From Bispira polyomma (taxonomy: Eukaryota): a stretch of DNA of 64,000 bases. Numbering within the stretch: position 1 is the first letter of the stretch; every line of letters begins with the position of its first letter. The DNA lies in assembly GCA_965649765.1 (NCBI GenBank), contig OZ287753.1, positions 47,120,001 to 47,184,000 on the forward strand, in the 5' to 3' direction. The position numbers and the translations under genes are program-made. The notes under the pieces are model-generated. The model did no database searches. It was not told the DNA's origin and saw only the letters and a program-made list of their open reading frames with translations. Positions 37,673 to 49,700 of this stretch are shown here, piece after piece.

Positions 37673-39764
37673 AAATTCTATGGCGTTTGGGCATTGTAAT
37701 ATGTACATAGTTTTAGTACTTTGTAAGCTAGTTTCTATCTTACAGTTTAAAATAGAATTTCACCTTTACCTTAAAAGGTTACACATTAAGGTAACCTAAA
37801 CATAAACTTGTAAGTTAACCTTAAAGTCAAGGTAATGTTTAAGGTCACCTTAACAAGTGGCTATTTGTAAAAATCATCAGATATATAATTTAGGATGACC
37901 TTAAGTCATCTGCTTAACATTATTTTAAGGTGACCCTAAGTCACCCCTCTTCAAACCTAAAAGAAAATGTTTTAAAAAATCATCATTGTAAATTTAATTT
38001 AAGGTGACCTTAAGTCACCCTCTTCTTTGCCTAAGGTAAAGGTTAACTGTATAATGTTTATATGTGTGGTGACCTTAAAATTTGCAAGGTCACGGTTGTG
38101 ATGTAATGAAATATGTAAAATGTACTAACCATGTTAACAATAGATGTTAGTGTAGATTTGTATTTAATAAATGCCCAAAGAGATACGCCAATGCATTTCA
38201 TTCCATTGTCTATATCACTTTGCACAATACTCAGGGGTGGCCACGTTGACTGATGGAATTTTGTCATTTTCCTAGTGATTATGAAGGTCTGATCTGACCA
38301 AAAGATTGTTAAAGTTTAATCTGATCCAAGTCATTTATTAAGTTGGTCTGTTCTTGCTGCTTATTTAAGGTTTATCTGTTTATGTGGTTATAAAAGTGTT
38401 CTGATCCAGGTGATTGTAAAATTTATGTTTTATCTGTTTTATTTGATTATGAAAGTGATCTGATCCAGGTGATTGTTTTTCCTGAAAGTTTAAGTAACTC
38501 ATTATCATTCTGCTTTGTGTTGTTACCAAGGGCAGACTTATCTAATGCATTTTGTACCAACATATTAAAGTTTGTTGTAAGAAATGCTGAAACTAGTAAA
38601 CTGCACATGTCGACAAATAGGACCACAATATATTTAATTTGAGATGTTTAAATAAATGATTACAAAATAGTTGGGTAAAAAACTAATTGACAAATTACTA
38701 ATTTCCCTTTCAAGTAAAAACCCTAATTACATCCCTAGAAACTACTGCAGACGTCAAAAGTGTCAAGCAAGATCAACAGCTTCTAGTTAGGGCAACAATA
38801 GCTAGCACACTCCACCATAGCCTATTGTAACACCTTATGTAAAATGTATAAAAACATCATCGTTATTAAAAGAAGGTCTTGTTCAAACAATGAGATGCAA
38901 TAAGCTGTATTTATGGACTCCAACACATGTTGTGCTAACAGAGCCAATGGATTAAGTCAATAGAAGCTGGTGATTGCTGTTACTTGTTAGGTTGTGTTTC
39001 CGGTGGTTTTAACTGCACAAACATATAGTACAGCACTTTATAGATGAGACTGCATGAGATAAAACAGAATTTATTATTCGACCTTGAGCCCGAAATATTA
39101 AGTATTTACAGTTGCTTTGTGGTTTCTTTTTCCAGTTCTTTAACCATAAAATAGATAAGAGTAAAAAATAATGCACATAATAAACTTGTAGATACAGGAA
39201 AGAACTTTTATACTTGACCTTCAGTCAGTAGTTGACAAAAACAACGGATAGAGTAGGTTTAAGTTGGGTTGCATCAAAAATCCTTACATTAAGCCCACTA
39301 ACATTTTAGTAGGAGTGTACCTAAGAATAAAAAGCAAACCCTGGATTGAAGCACTTTATTACATTAGTACACCAGTGAGGCATATTTAACAAAACTTCAA
39401 TCATTTTTACTCCAGAGATTAGATTGCTTTTCCTGTTTTGGAGTTTTAGTTATATATAAAGGACCTTTTTATGGTTGTAAAAGCACTGCTAACTTTGTTG
39501 TGGTTTCCTTTGTATAAAGGAAGCAGTCTTCACAAGTACACACAGACTTACTTACACCGTGTACAATACATCTATTGTAATACGTAGATTTAAATTTATT
39601 ATAGATTGTGATTCAAATTCATCAACACAACATATTGGTTCTTGGAATCTATAAGTCATTTGAAGACCTTCAAGCATTACCTCAATTTTTGAAATGGAAT
39701 TCAGACTATAGCAAATTGATTGTGGGCTGAGTCAACATATTCTTGGTTCTGACTGTGTAGTGTT

Positions 39765-39975
39765 GGTGGTGGAGTGGTATACACACTTTTGGCCATGGGT
39801 TCGAATCTCGGTCCTGGCGTATATGTGGGAAAGTTGGCTGTAGACTTGCTGAAGATCTGTGATTTTTATATAAAATCTTTGACCAACCGCCCTACTTTTA
39901 GTTCCTTAACCGGTGAACTGATCGTCGTGATATAAAATGAGACATGTTAAAAATGACGTTAATCTCAAACTACAC
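39765..39975 (+). mobile_element. tRNA-derived SINE (Meta/MESC-like family)
   Basis: A-box ggtggagtggta, B-box ggttcgaatct, atgtgggaaagttggctgtagacttgctgaag core, tail gatata...gacgttaa. Confidence 0.8.
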
Positions 39976-40224
39976 AATGTATTGTTAGTTTATGATGAGC
40001 TACTCTGCAGCTCTACCTGAAATTGTCCCTGTTTCCTGCACTATTTAGTGCAATGGCTGATTACATCGTAATTAAACCACTCATTAATTCCCAGAATGAA
40101 AATCACTTTTTATGGCTTATATGCAGTGTGCCTGATTGGATCATTGATTTGATGCCACAAAACAATGCTGTGAATGTACAAGTGCAAACTGAAGTCATCA
40201 TACTGATAGCTCGGGGACAAGCTT

Positions 40225-40620
40225 TAAGATAGTATTCATATGATCTATTGCAACTCACTATTGTCTGGTGTATCACAGTTTGATCCCAATAGACTCCAGT
40301 CACTTTTAAATGCTCTTTATACTAACGTTTTTCAAGTTCCCCAGCTTTATAAAGACAATTCCAGAAATAGAAAATCTTACACTGGCATTCAGTCTGACAA
40401 ACAATGTTTTAAAAAAAATTTCCATCCCTATGCATCCGCTAGAAACAGTCACTGATTAGTCCGTCAAATTTCTTCAAGTTTCCAAATTTGTTGAGTAATA
40501 AAAACTTAAACTTTTTTTAATTTAGCGCCATCATTGTGGAATTCACTTCATTTAGATATTGGAACTAGGGCATCAACTTTTTTGAAAGATAAATTTTGAA
40601 AGAGTTTAGTCTACCAAGCC
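40225..40620 (+). mobile_element. Old L2/CR1-clade LINE 3' fragment
   Basis: YCNSLLSG....RLQ..LNA, later ttacactgg (LHW) and gcgccatcattgtggaattcactt (APSLWNSL): C-terminal L2 ORF2 motifs, with frameshifts. Confidence 0.75.
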
Positions 40621-40624
40621 TTCA

Positions 40625-40935
40625 CTTAACCATAGTACTATGCTAGTTTCCTTGCAATATGGTTTTGTCTCTAGATTAACCATAGCGCAATATAGTACTC
40701 TCCATTTTTGGGACATGGTTTTGTTTCTAGACTAACTATAGTTGTCTATGGCATACTGGTACTATATAATTTTCAGTAGCACATGGTTTTATTTAGACTT
40801 ACCATAGCTGTGTATGGTACACTGGTACTATCCTACTTTCCTTGGGACATGGTTTTGTCTCTAGACTGCCTATGGTATACTGGTGCTATGCTGCTATGCT
40901 AGCTATTTTTTATGGGATACGGCTTTGTTTCTCTA
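40625..40935. repeat. Degenerate ~55-65-bp tandem repeat, ~5 copies
   Basis: Recurring catggttttgtctctagactaaccatag...tggtactat. Confidence 0.75.
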
Positions 40936-43515
40936 AACTAGCATTTACGATCATAGGAAGATGGTCATCCACACGTTGAGTCCCACAATTGCTGCAGATA
41001 TATCGCAAGCAAAACTAGAATAGTTATTTTTTTAAACAGTTTTTATATATTTTGCATCCTGCTCACAACAGGATTAATTGAATGCATCCCCTCCACATAC
41101 AGAATCACCTTAAAAGTGTTTTGTGAATACATATACTGTACCTACACAAGAATTTGAGATTTTGTATTGAGTTAAAAATCTTTTTATTCTGTTCAGATAT
41201 TCACTCTACATACACCTTTGCTGTTGTGTTATACATATGTCATTAACCAATCATGTCTCTTTACACAAGGTTGCAGACAAATACCCTAAATATCCCCTTA
41301 CAATTCCATGCCTCGTGTAACACATTTTCTGTTACAAAGAACTATTGACAATGGAAATACAAGACAATGAAATACTGCTAAAACGTGATATATATTGCCA
41401 GATTTTGTCTGATGCTGTTAGTATGGGTGTTAGGGCGTCGTATAGTATCACTTAGCTTATTACTCACCAATAACAATAATCTAAAATACCTAGACAAATA
41501 GCCATTGTTTTCACCAGACACGCTGGAGACAGGTGAATTTTTCCATTCGAACACTGCAACAGTTGAGAGTAGCCAAAAGTGGTCACTTTTGGTTGTTGAA
41601 ATGTATTGCCATGTTCGAGGAATAAAGTTCCATAGTTTAAACACTCCTGTGTCAAATCATTTTCACCGGTGCAACATCTTGACCCTTAACGCCATAGAAA
41701 AGCCATGATTCCTCATCATTATAGTTACCCTTACCAACCATAATTTACCTTGGCGAAATCATAGCTTCCCCTCACCCGACTCTAAAGACAAATGAGCTAA
41801 AAAAAATATTTTTGGAAATTATGCTTGTTAATTCACCACATTTTATAAAAAATATTGGACAACTTTCAAATTCACGATCAGACTCAACATGATTAAAATG
41901 TAAAAATGGTCAGAATATGGAATTATATATGGGCTGAAGTATCTATCCATGCAATAATCTATGTGACAGCTTATATGTGACACATATTTAAGGGACTATT
42001 TCTCATTTGCATGTTTTGATATATTTAGCTTGTATAAATATAGTACATTACGGAAACATAACCTTTTGATTTTTTTTATTGACTTGTACTGACATTTCAT
42101 CAGTTTAACATGACGAAAACCTTATCTGGCTAACTATTCTTATATATGTAACCATTGTAGCCATAATAGGCTTCCCAGACTAATGCAATGGGAAATCTAT
42201 TTAAAGTTTACATCTAATTAACACAATATTTTTTTAACAACAAGAGTTATTAAGCACAGGTAAAGTGACACTCGTTCAATATGTTTTACTTTCCTCAGAA
42301 AACATACAAAGGGATTTCATAAATATATAAAACATTCCTCTATGGCTATTTTTTAACAAAAATATTTCAATTACTCAGAATGTCCCTTGTATATATCTGC
42401 TGACATCTTATATTATCAATGTGTCCCTTAACTAATCCCTAGAAAGAAATATACTAAACAAAATATTAGTTAAACATCTTAAGGACCATAACGTTAAGAC
42501 AACTAAACTATACTCAGTTGGAATTTGAATTTCTGTGGGTTTATTTCACTTCCAGCACCTTTTAATGGATTTTATCCCTGTTTACTATATTTGAAACTCC
42601 TCATAGTGCAAAGAACTATGTAAATGGGCTTGTTTAACTACCAGCACTTTAGTTACATGTTACCATACATTTTAGCTTCAACCTTTTCGTGTTAAAATTG
42701 GACATGAAGCTGTAAGCATTCCTACAGCCAGCAGATAAAAGAAGAATGTTCTATATCCACAAGCATACATTTGCAAAGCAAACATTTGATGATATGTACA
42801 TCACATTTAACACATGAACCACACATTAACACACGGACTATCCTTTAACTGCATGTAAGCCTATTTTTTTTAAGGATTTGGTGAAACTGGTTGCAATCTT
42901 GTTTTGTGGATTTGGCCCATAAGTCAGTCTCATGTACTATATCACAGAAGACATGCAAGTTTGATAGTAGTTCCGGGATTAGATTTTAAATAACTTTAAG
43001 CACCAACAAGGTGGCGTGAATTAACCATTCAATTGTAAACAACACTATTTATGAGTGTAAACTAGAGTAACAGATCTAAGTACACTGAAAACAGCAAAGG
43101 TTTAAAGATACAAGGGCTTAAGTATACAGATAAGTACTAGGGGGGGGGGGGGGGGGGGGGGGAAGTATAGTGCTCATAAAGAAAACACAAACATTTACTT
43201 CCTCAATTACTTAGCAAAGTGGAAAAAGATTGTTCTTGAGATGTAGATGTACACTTATCATAACAGTGTTCTACTGAACTTAAGTTTATGTTTGAAAAAC
43301 AACAAGAAATTAGACTTCCACAAAGCAAAGCATTGTTTTTGCTGAACTCAAGTTTATCTTCATAAAAATAAAACTTCTACAGCCCTGATGTCGTTTATCA
43401 GTAGATAATTATCGCACGTGGTTAAACATTAAACAAGGTCAGACGGTTATAACAGTGATCTCAGGCGACAGCACCAGAATTAGACACATTAGCACTCAAC
43501 GATATTAAATTAACT

Positions 43516-43578
43516 CCCCGCCTCAATTTTGTAGGTCTTGCGTTTTATAAAACGCTACTTCCGTTTAGCATGACGTCA
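43516..43578 (+). promoter_or_regulatory. Compact Pol II promoter: GC box, TATA, ETS, CRE
   Basis: ccccgcc (43516), tataaaa within palindrome gcgttttataaaacgc (43540-43555), acttccg (43557), tgacgtca (43571), ~70-130 nt upstream of ATG 43647 in a locally CpG-rich patch. Confidence 0.6.
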
Positions 43579-43646
43579 CGTTACTCTCTCGTTTGAAATT
43601 GTAACGGTTCAGTTTTTTGTAACTGGTAAATATTGTTGAAATAGTC

Positions 43647-43815
43647 ATGTCTAAAGATATGATCTGTGAATCTACATACGGCCATACGATGTACCAACCT
43701 GTGAGCTGTTCACAGCTCTTCAGAAGCAGGCACAGTGTGATGCCCAGATGGTGTAAAAGAATGAAAATAGGCTTAGCCCGTTTTGGCCGACGTTTGAGGA
43801 GGCGCTTTAGTAACA
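43647..43815 (+). CDS. Orphan gene exon 1 (Arg/Lys-rich N-terminus)
   Basis: gtcATG start; MSKDMICES...KRMKIGLARFGRRLRRRFSN; donor aaca|gtgagt, phase 1. Confidence 0.7.
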
Positions 43816-44735
43816 GTGAGTGGCTTAAATGTTGTAAACAAATGGTAAAAGATAGAGTAAACAACAGTTCTGTTATTTGATTTTAATCTCGGACATCTAA
43901 TACAGCATAATTTTTTTATCGTGTTGCGTAACGTAAACAATCGCACATGGGCGTTCATATGATAGGGCATACAGGTCTTATTGATTTGGGACACATTGAT
44001 TTGAGACACAATAAATTTGAGGTTTTTGGGTAAACTATATCTATTTAAATTACAATGAATAACATCAATAATATTCAAGCATTTATGAAAATAAGTGAGA
44101 ACTTGTATGTTTTATGTTATCACCGTCTAACATGGGTGTACACTGGTGAGGCAATTCTGGACATACAGATATTCTGGACGAATATAACAACACTTTAGTG
44201 TATAGTGACTGTGTGTATACATCAACCAATATTAACATGCAACCAATATTAATATGCAAGTGTCCGAAATAATTGTGTGTCCCAATTTAATGTGACCCGT
44301 GTACCATCATTCCCTCAATCAGGTTATTTTAGAACTAAACCACAAGAATTATGGTTAACTATTACACTGTTAAAATGTATTATTTATTTTGAAGATGTCT
44401 TATCAATTATGTACAAAAAAAACTCTTTGGTTTTTATTATTGATATTGTATTGTTGGGTCTTGTTGATTCGATTTTTGCCATTTTTCTTGATGAAACAAA
44501 TGTGTTTTGAACCATTTACATTGCAAAATAATATTTTAATATCTCTAGATTAAAATACAGCCCGAATTTTCGCGAAGAACGGTATTTGTAAATGTAATAA
44601 GCCTACAAAGAAGTGGTTAAAATTTGCGAATTTACGAGACCCAAGGCTACAATCCAAAGTCAATTTTAACTAGTGCAAAGTAGAGTACAAGGGTTATTTA
44701 ATTTACTGGCTAATGTTAATTGTTTGCGATTCCAG

Positions 44736-44846
44736 AAACCCACCCAGCTTCTGCCAGTCAGTACATTAACTGTGGCTCTCCAATGCTTGAGAAGGGTGTA
44801 TGTGTTCCTCAGTCAGCGCCAGAGCTTGCCAAGAGCAGAGTCTTAG
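44736..44846 (+). CDS. Orphan gene exon 2 (111 nt, repeat module 1)
   Basis: ttccag| ... ttag|gtaata, phase 1-1, open: THPASASQYINCGSPMLEKGVCVPQSAPELAKSRVL. Confidence 0.78.
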   Translation, partial: KPTQLLPVSTLTVALQCLRRVYVFLSQRQSLPRAES

Positions 44847-45108
44847 GTAATAATTATATGAATAAAACAGTTAAATGTGATACATTAACGTAATAATTAC
44901 ATGAATAAAACAGTTGAACGTCTATACCATAATTACCATTAGTAATCCTCACTGTTTAATATGATAAATAACACTGTAATTTAAAATTGTAATATAATAT
45001 TAAGCTGTAATTCTTGTTGCATAGTGCATACCATTACTAATCGTCACTGTTTATTGTGTAATCTGATACATACTACTAATTAATGGGACTTTTATTTTAC
45101 TGTTACAG

Positions 45109-45219
45109 AGAACCAGCTCGTTTCTGCTGGTCAGTCTGTTGACCACAACAATCATTTGCTGGCTAAAAGGCTACTCGACATTCACTCTGCTCCTGAGATT
45201 ACTGCACACAGACACTTAG
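45109..45219 (+). CDS. Orphan gene exon 3 (111 nt, repeat module 2)
   Basis: ttttactgttacag| ... ttag|gtacat, phase 1-1, open: NQLVSAGQSVDHNNHLLAKRLLDIHSAPEITAHRHL; paralogous to exon 2. Confidence 0.78.
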   Translation, partial: RTSSFLLVSLLTTTIICWLKGYSTFTLLLRLLHTDT

Positions 45220-45674
45220 GTACATAACAGGGTTTTCTATTGGAATTAAGTGCATTAAAATATCGGTGTTCCTCTTCTGTACTACAGTAATGGTGATACA
45301 GTGTATTATATTATTAAAATCAAGAAGTCTTGAGGTATAGTTCATAATATACAGGAACATGTGTGGGTTGTTGTTAAGCTGTTGATTTGTCTGTGTATTG
45401 CTGTGTGTTATTTATTTGTGAATGAAGTTTTGTATGCCATTGAAATGTGTTTATGCTTATTAAATTCATTTATATGGATTTGTAAATATTAAAATTGTAT
45501 GATAAATTGATAATGGTGAAATTAAAGTTGAAATAAAAATACATGTAATAACACTATTTCAGGCTTGTCAGTTATTTCACTATGTATTGTTTAATTCTGA
45601 ATTATATCCAAACTTATATGTTGTTCGGAAGTGACTTCAGTTGTAAAAGTTGCCATTGTATGTTACACTTATAG

Positions 45675-46186
45675 ATGTTCATCTTCATGATGAAGTCTCT
45701 GTCATTAGTGGGATCAATGAGCCTATGGATGAGTCTATTAATGCTGTGAGAGACAGTGTGTCTGTGTGTGCCAGTGAACTGTGTGATAAACTCTTTATGG
45801 ATGACTCTGATAGTGACATTGTAAATAATACTGACTGTGACTTGTTTGACTATGAAAGTGATGTAACATCAGGTTTTTGTGAGGACAATGTGCTGTTGTA
45901 TGAGAGTTGTGTCTCAACAGATACTTCTGTATGGAGTGTTGAGAGTTTGCCAAATGACTGTTCTCTTAATTTTCTGACTATGTGTGATGTGAATGACAGT
46001 TTGAGGTTAAATGCTTCTGTGTGTGAGGAGAATAATATGATGTATGAATTGAGTAGTAGTAAGCTGGATGATTATTATAATAGTATGTTTGATGAAGTAG
46101 AACTTGATAGTGTCACTTATCAGAGTTATGAAAGGGTAGATGTGTTTGATGATGAACTCTATGTGTTCAATGGTGATGTGTTTTAA
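45675..46186 (+). CDS. Orphan gene exon 4 (Asp/Glu/Ser-rich acidic C-terminus)
   Basis: cacttatag| acceptor, phase 1 in frame with ORF 45650..46186; 170 uninterrupted codons in AT-rich DNA ending in TAA. Confidence 0.75.
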
Positions 46187-46214
46187 GGTCCCTAATGTCA
46201 GTTTTAAAAAAAAA

Positions 46215-46755
46215 TTAAATGAAAGATAAGTAATTTTTGACAGCCTATATCTTTGAACAGAAAAAAAATATCAATTGGTTTAACTTGTTTACAAGTCTGT
46301 CAAAACAAGTTCAAAACTCTTTATTTAGTAAGGATAATCATCCTAATTCAGTAAAGTTTTGTCATTTTCTTTTTTAACAACAAAATCTGGTTTCAGAATT
46401 GGATAATAAAATCTTTCTTTTGACAAAATGATATTTTAAACTCAGGTTTCTCCTTATTATGTCTGAATATAAAATTAGTAAAAGATACATATTAATGAAA
46501 GATATGCAATGTCTGACCGCTTATATCTCTTTACAGAAATACCAATTCGTTTAACTTGTTCACAAGTCTTTTAACAACTCTTTCAGAACTTTATTTAGTA
46601 AGGATAATCAGCCTAATTCAGTAAAGAATGTGTCATTTTCTTTTTTCACACAAAATCCAGTTTTATAATTGGATAACAAAATATTTGTTTTGACAAATTA
46701 TTATTTTAAACTCAGGTTTTCTCTTTATTATTGCTATGAATACAGAATTAGTGGA
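46215..46755. repeat. Tandem duplication, ~277-bp unit x2
   Basis: atgaaagata...tatatct...tttaacttgtt.acaagtc...tttatttagtaaggataatca.cctaattcagtaaag...ttttaaactcaggttt at ~46215 and ~46492. Confidence 0.9.
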
Positions 46756-49700
46756 TTTATTTATAATGTGATATCTTAAACATGTAGCTTCGTAATTTAA
46801 TGGTATGCTTACAAGTTGTTACTTTTCCATAGTTTATCTGATGTGTTTGATATATGGAATACATATTTTATATTGTATACCATTTGTTAAGTTTTAACAA
46901 TAAAATATAAATGGTATTACATGTATTTTAATATACTGTAGACATTAATTACGACTGAAACATCTAATCCAACCATTACGTAGGATGGCAAAATACAGAA
47001 TTGTGGTTTTGGACTATATCTCGGGAACTGCTGGTACTTGTCAATACATGTCCATATTTTCTAGATTGCTACAAATATCCATAATGGAGTGTAGCTTTAC
47101 AACACCCGACCTACTTTCGAGCTTTAACCTTATGCACTTGGCCTTCGGACTATATCTCTAGAACTACTGGTCAATGAAAGTTTAGGTTGCTAAAACATTC
47201 AGTGGAGGTGTAGATCAATAGAGTTTACTGTTATATTTTAATCTACTTGTCAAAATACTTTCAAATTTGGTACAAATGCCTGCAGCTTGTACAGTCATGT
47301 AGATGTTTATTTTCAGCTCAATTGTACAGTCAAACCTCTGTTAACATGTTGGCAGAGCAAGATTGTAGTCAAATAAATTAGAAGAGAAGGTTAATAAATA
47401 TTCTAAAATATACGATACTTTGGGTGAAAATCAAATTTGAATCAATAGACAAATGTGAATTAAGGAGAGTAAAAGTGCTCATAAAATTGACTTTTCAGAT
47501 TATAAAAGTTTGAATAACAGGTTCTACCTTATTTACCCTGGCAATATTGTACTCTGTGGCTGTGTACTCCAGTATATCTGATGCTTAGTTTGCTTAAGTG
47601 TATTATCTTTAACGTCACGGAAATATTTTGTAAGATACACTGCTTTGAGATAGTATATACAGTTATTAAATTGCAATCTTGGTGAGACCAAAAAATAATT
47701 TATTCAAAGATTTTAATGGAAAAGTATTGAAGTAAAAATATACATGAAAATGATCTTCAAGTGCAAAGCAATCAAGATGTCACTTGCATAATTTTTTTTG
47801 AAAATTCACTATTAGATCAATTCATAAAACCGCAGAGGTCAAAAAAACAGATGTCAAATCAACAGGGCTGTGATGTTTAGGTTGAAATCTGTTTATGGAC
47901 TTTTAAGTTAAAGCTAAATCAATGTTGTATTGTGAATCTACAGCATTGTACTTCTACAGAATAGAAATGCTCCTTTTAATCCTCAGGCGACCTTATATGT
48001 GTAAGATTACCTTTCAAGAAATATAAAAAGTTCATCAATAAAACAAAATAAATTCACAAAAGAAACTGATGTGTCCCAATTGAGGCATTTTATATCAATC
48101 ATAAAAAGCCCTTGATAAATGTATTAGTGTTAGTTAGCTATTGGTTTTATATGTAGGGCTGCACTACAAGATTAGGTGGCACTAATTGTACAGATTGACG
48201 GTAATTGTTTTTGAAGTAAAAGTTTTGTGTATTTTTTTTCTATAACAATATACATAATTATATAATCTTTTTATTATTAAATTATACCCTAAAGGATCCA
48301 ATTTTTCCCCAGATTCACTAAGATACTGACTCTAACTTTCAGAAAGAAATGCCACACCCTTTTTTGAAATGGCACCAAGTGTTGATGAAATGATGAATAA
48401 CAATAAAATCTCTAATATTAAGTTACTCAAGGAAGATGATAATGCTCATTGCTGTTGAGTCAGAAGTCAGGAAATTTTTTGTCCGCCTTATCACAGTGCC
48501 ATAGTCATTCTCTGAATGTAGGAATATAATGCAATCAAGGGACCTGAAAGTACAGTAGATTACTAGTGTGTTGCCTTTCATTGTAATCAGCTTTTGACAC
48601 ATCTACATTACCTCAATAGAATAAATAGGCAATGCTTTATGTACTTCCTAACAAACAGCTGTTGAGGTTGATATGCACAATCTAACTTCTTGTAAGACCA
48701 TGTCACTGATTGTCTTTTATTTCTCTGTGAGAGATGTATCTGCAGAAATATCTTTACAACCACTGCTAAGTAATAAAGATATGTTAGACCTTTACAGAAC
48801 TCATAATTACCAACATTTTAAATTTCTGAATGGCAGTGATACATTGGTTCAGATGTCTAGTTTTACATTATTAGTTAAGCTGCACTGCCTTTTTATTATT
48901 TTCTTTATAAAATAGTCAACAATTCTTTTTGTGGCAATATATAATCAATTTGTCCATTTTCAAAGAAGGTCCTAATTGTGACTAGTTATGACACTTTGTG
49001 GGAATATTTTAGCTAGTTATGTTCATAAGCATATACAGTGCAGGCTTAATAATCTGATCAAGTTGAACTTAAGGAAACCCTCCACCACTAGCTATACTAT
49101 AAGTATCTTACACATAAACTCTGTTATCCAGAACATAATATGTTCAAAATTAGCTGCTCCGGTTATCCAGGGCAAATCTGCAGCACTGAAATGTTGCGAC
49201 ATGTGGAATGTTTGGATGGCAGAAACAAATGGATTCTGAAAAACTAAGGTCTGGGTTTCTTAGTGGTACTGTTGTATGGTGCAGTTAACATTGCAAAAGT
49301 GAAAATACTTAACCTAATACAAAAGTAAGGTGGTTTTTTGTCAGTATTTTTTACCTAGTGCAGTGGGGTTATTCTGAAGTCTTGTTTGTAAGTACAAAAC
49401 GGTATTCCAGAGACCAGAAAAAAGGCTAGTAGTAGTAGGACGGTTGGCTTTTCTTACTATTTTAGCACTTTCTTCCCCCTGATATCACCTATACTGTATA
49501 TATTACATAACAAGTACAATTGTATATTAATTTATTGTACACATTCCCATTTAAATAATTGTATACAGTATAATCATAATGTATACATAATAGTCTATGG
49601 TATTGCTCCCAAAATGATATAGTCTTCATTGAATATCTTTACCATATCTAACAAAACCTTTTTATACACTTCTCCTATATTTTTGGTAAAAATATATAAT

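Larger units (their letters stand above)
32600..38260 (+). mobile_element. Tyrosine-recombinase retrotransposon (DIRS order, Ngaro-like), decayed; ends approximate
   Basis: Order gag-like, RT, RNase H, YR on one strand; no DAM-methyltransferase domain after RNase H; TATAAAA at 32651, AATAAA at 38166. Confidence 0.92.

Noticed and set aside
43140-43162. G homopolymer (also C runs at ~4130, ~9908, ~16806)
   Set aside because: Simple homopolymers; no evidence of function and length is unreliable
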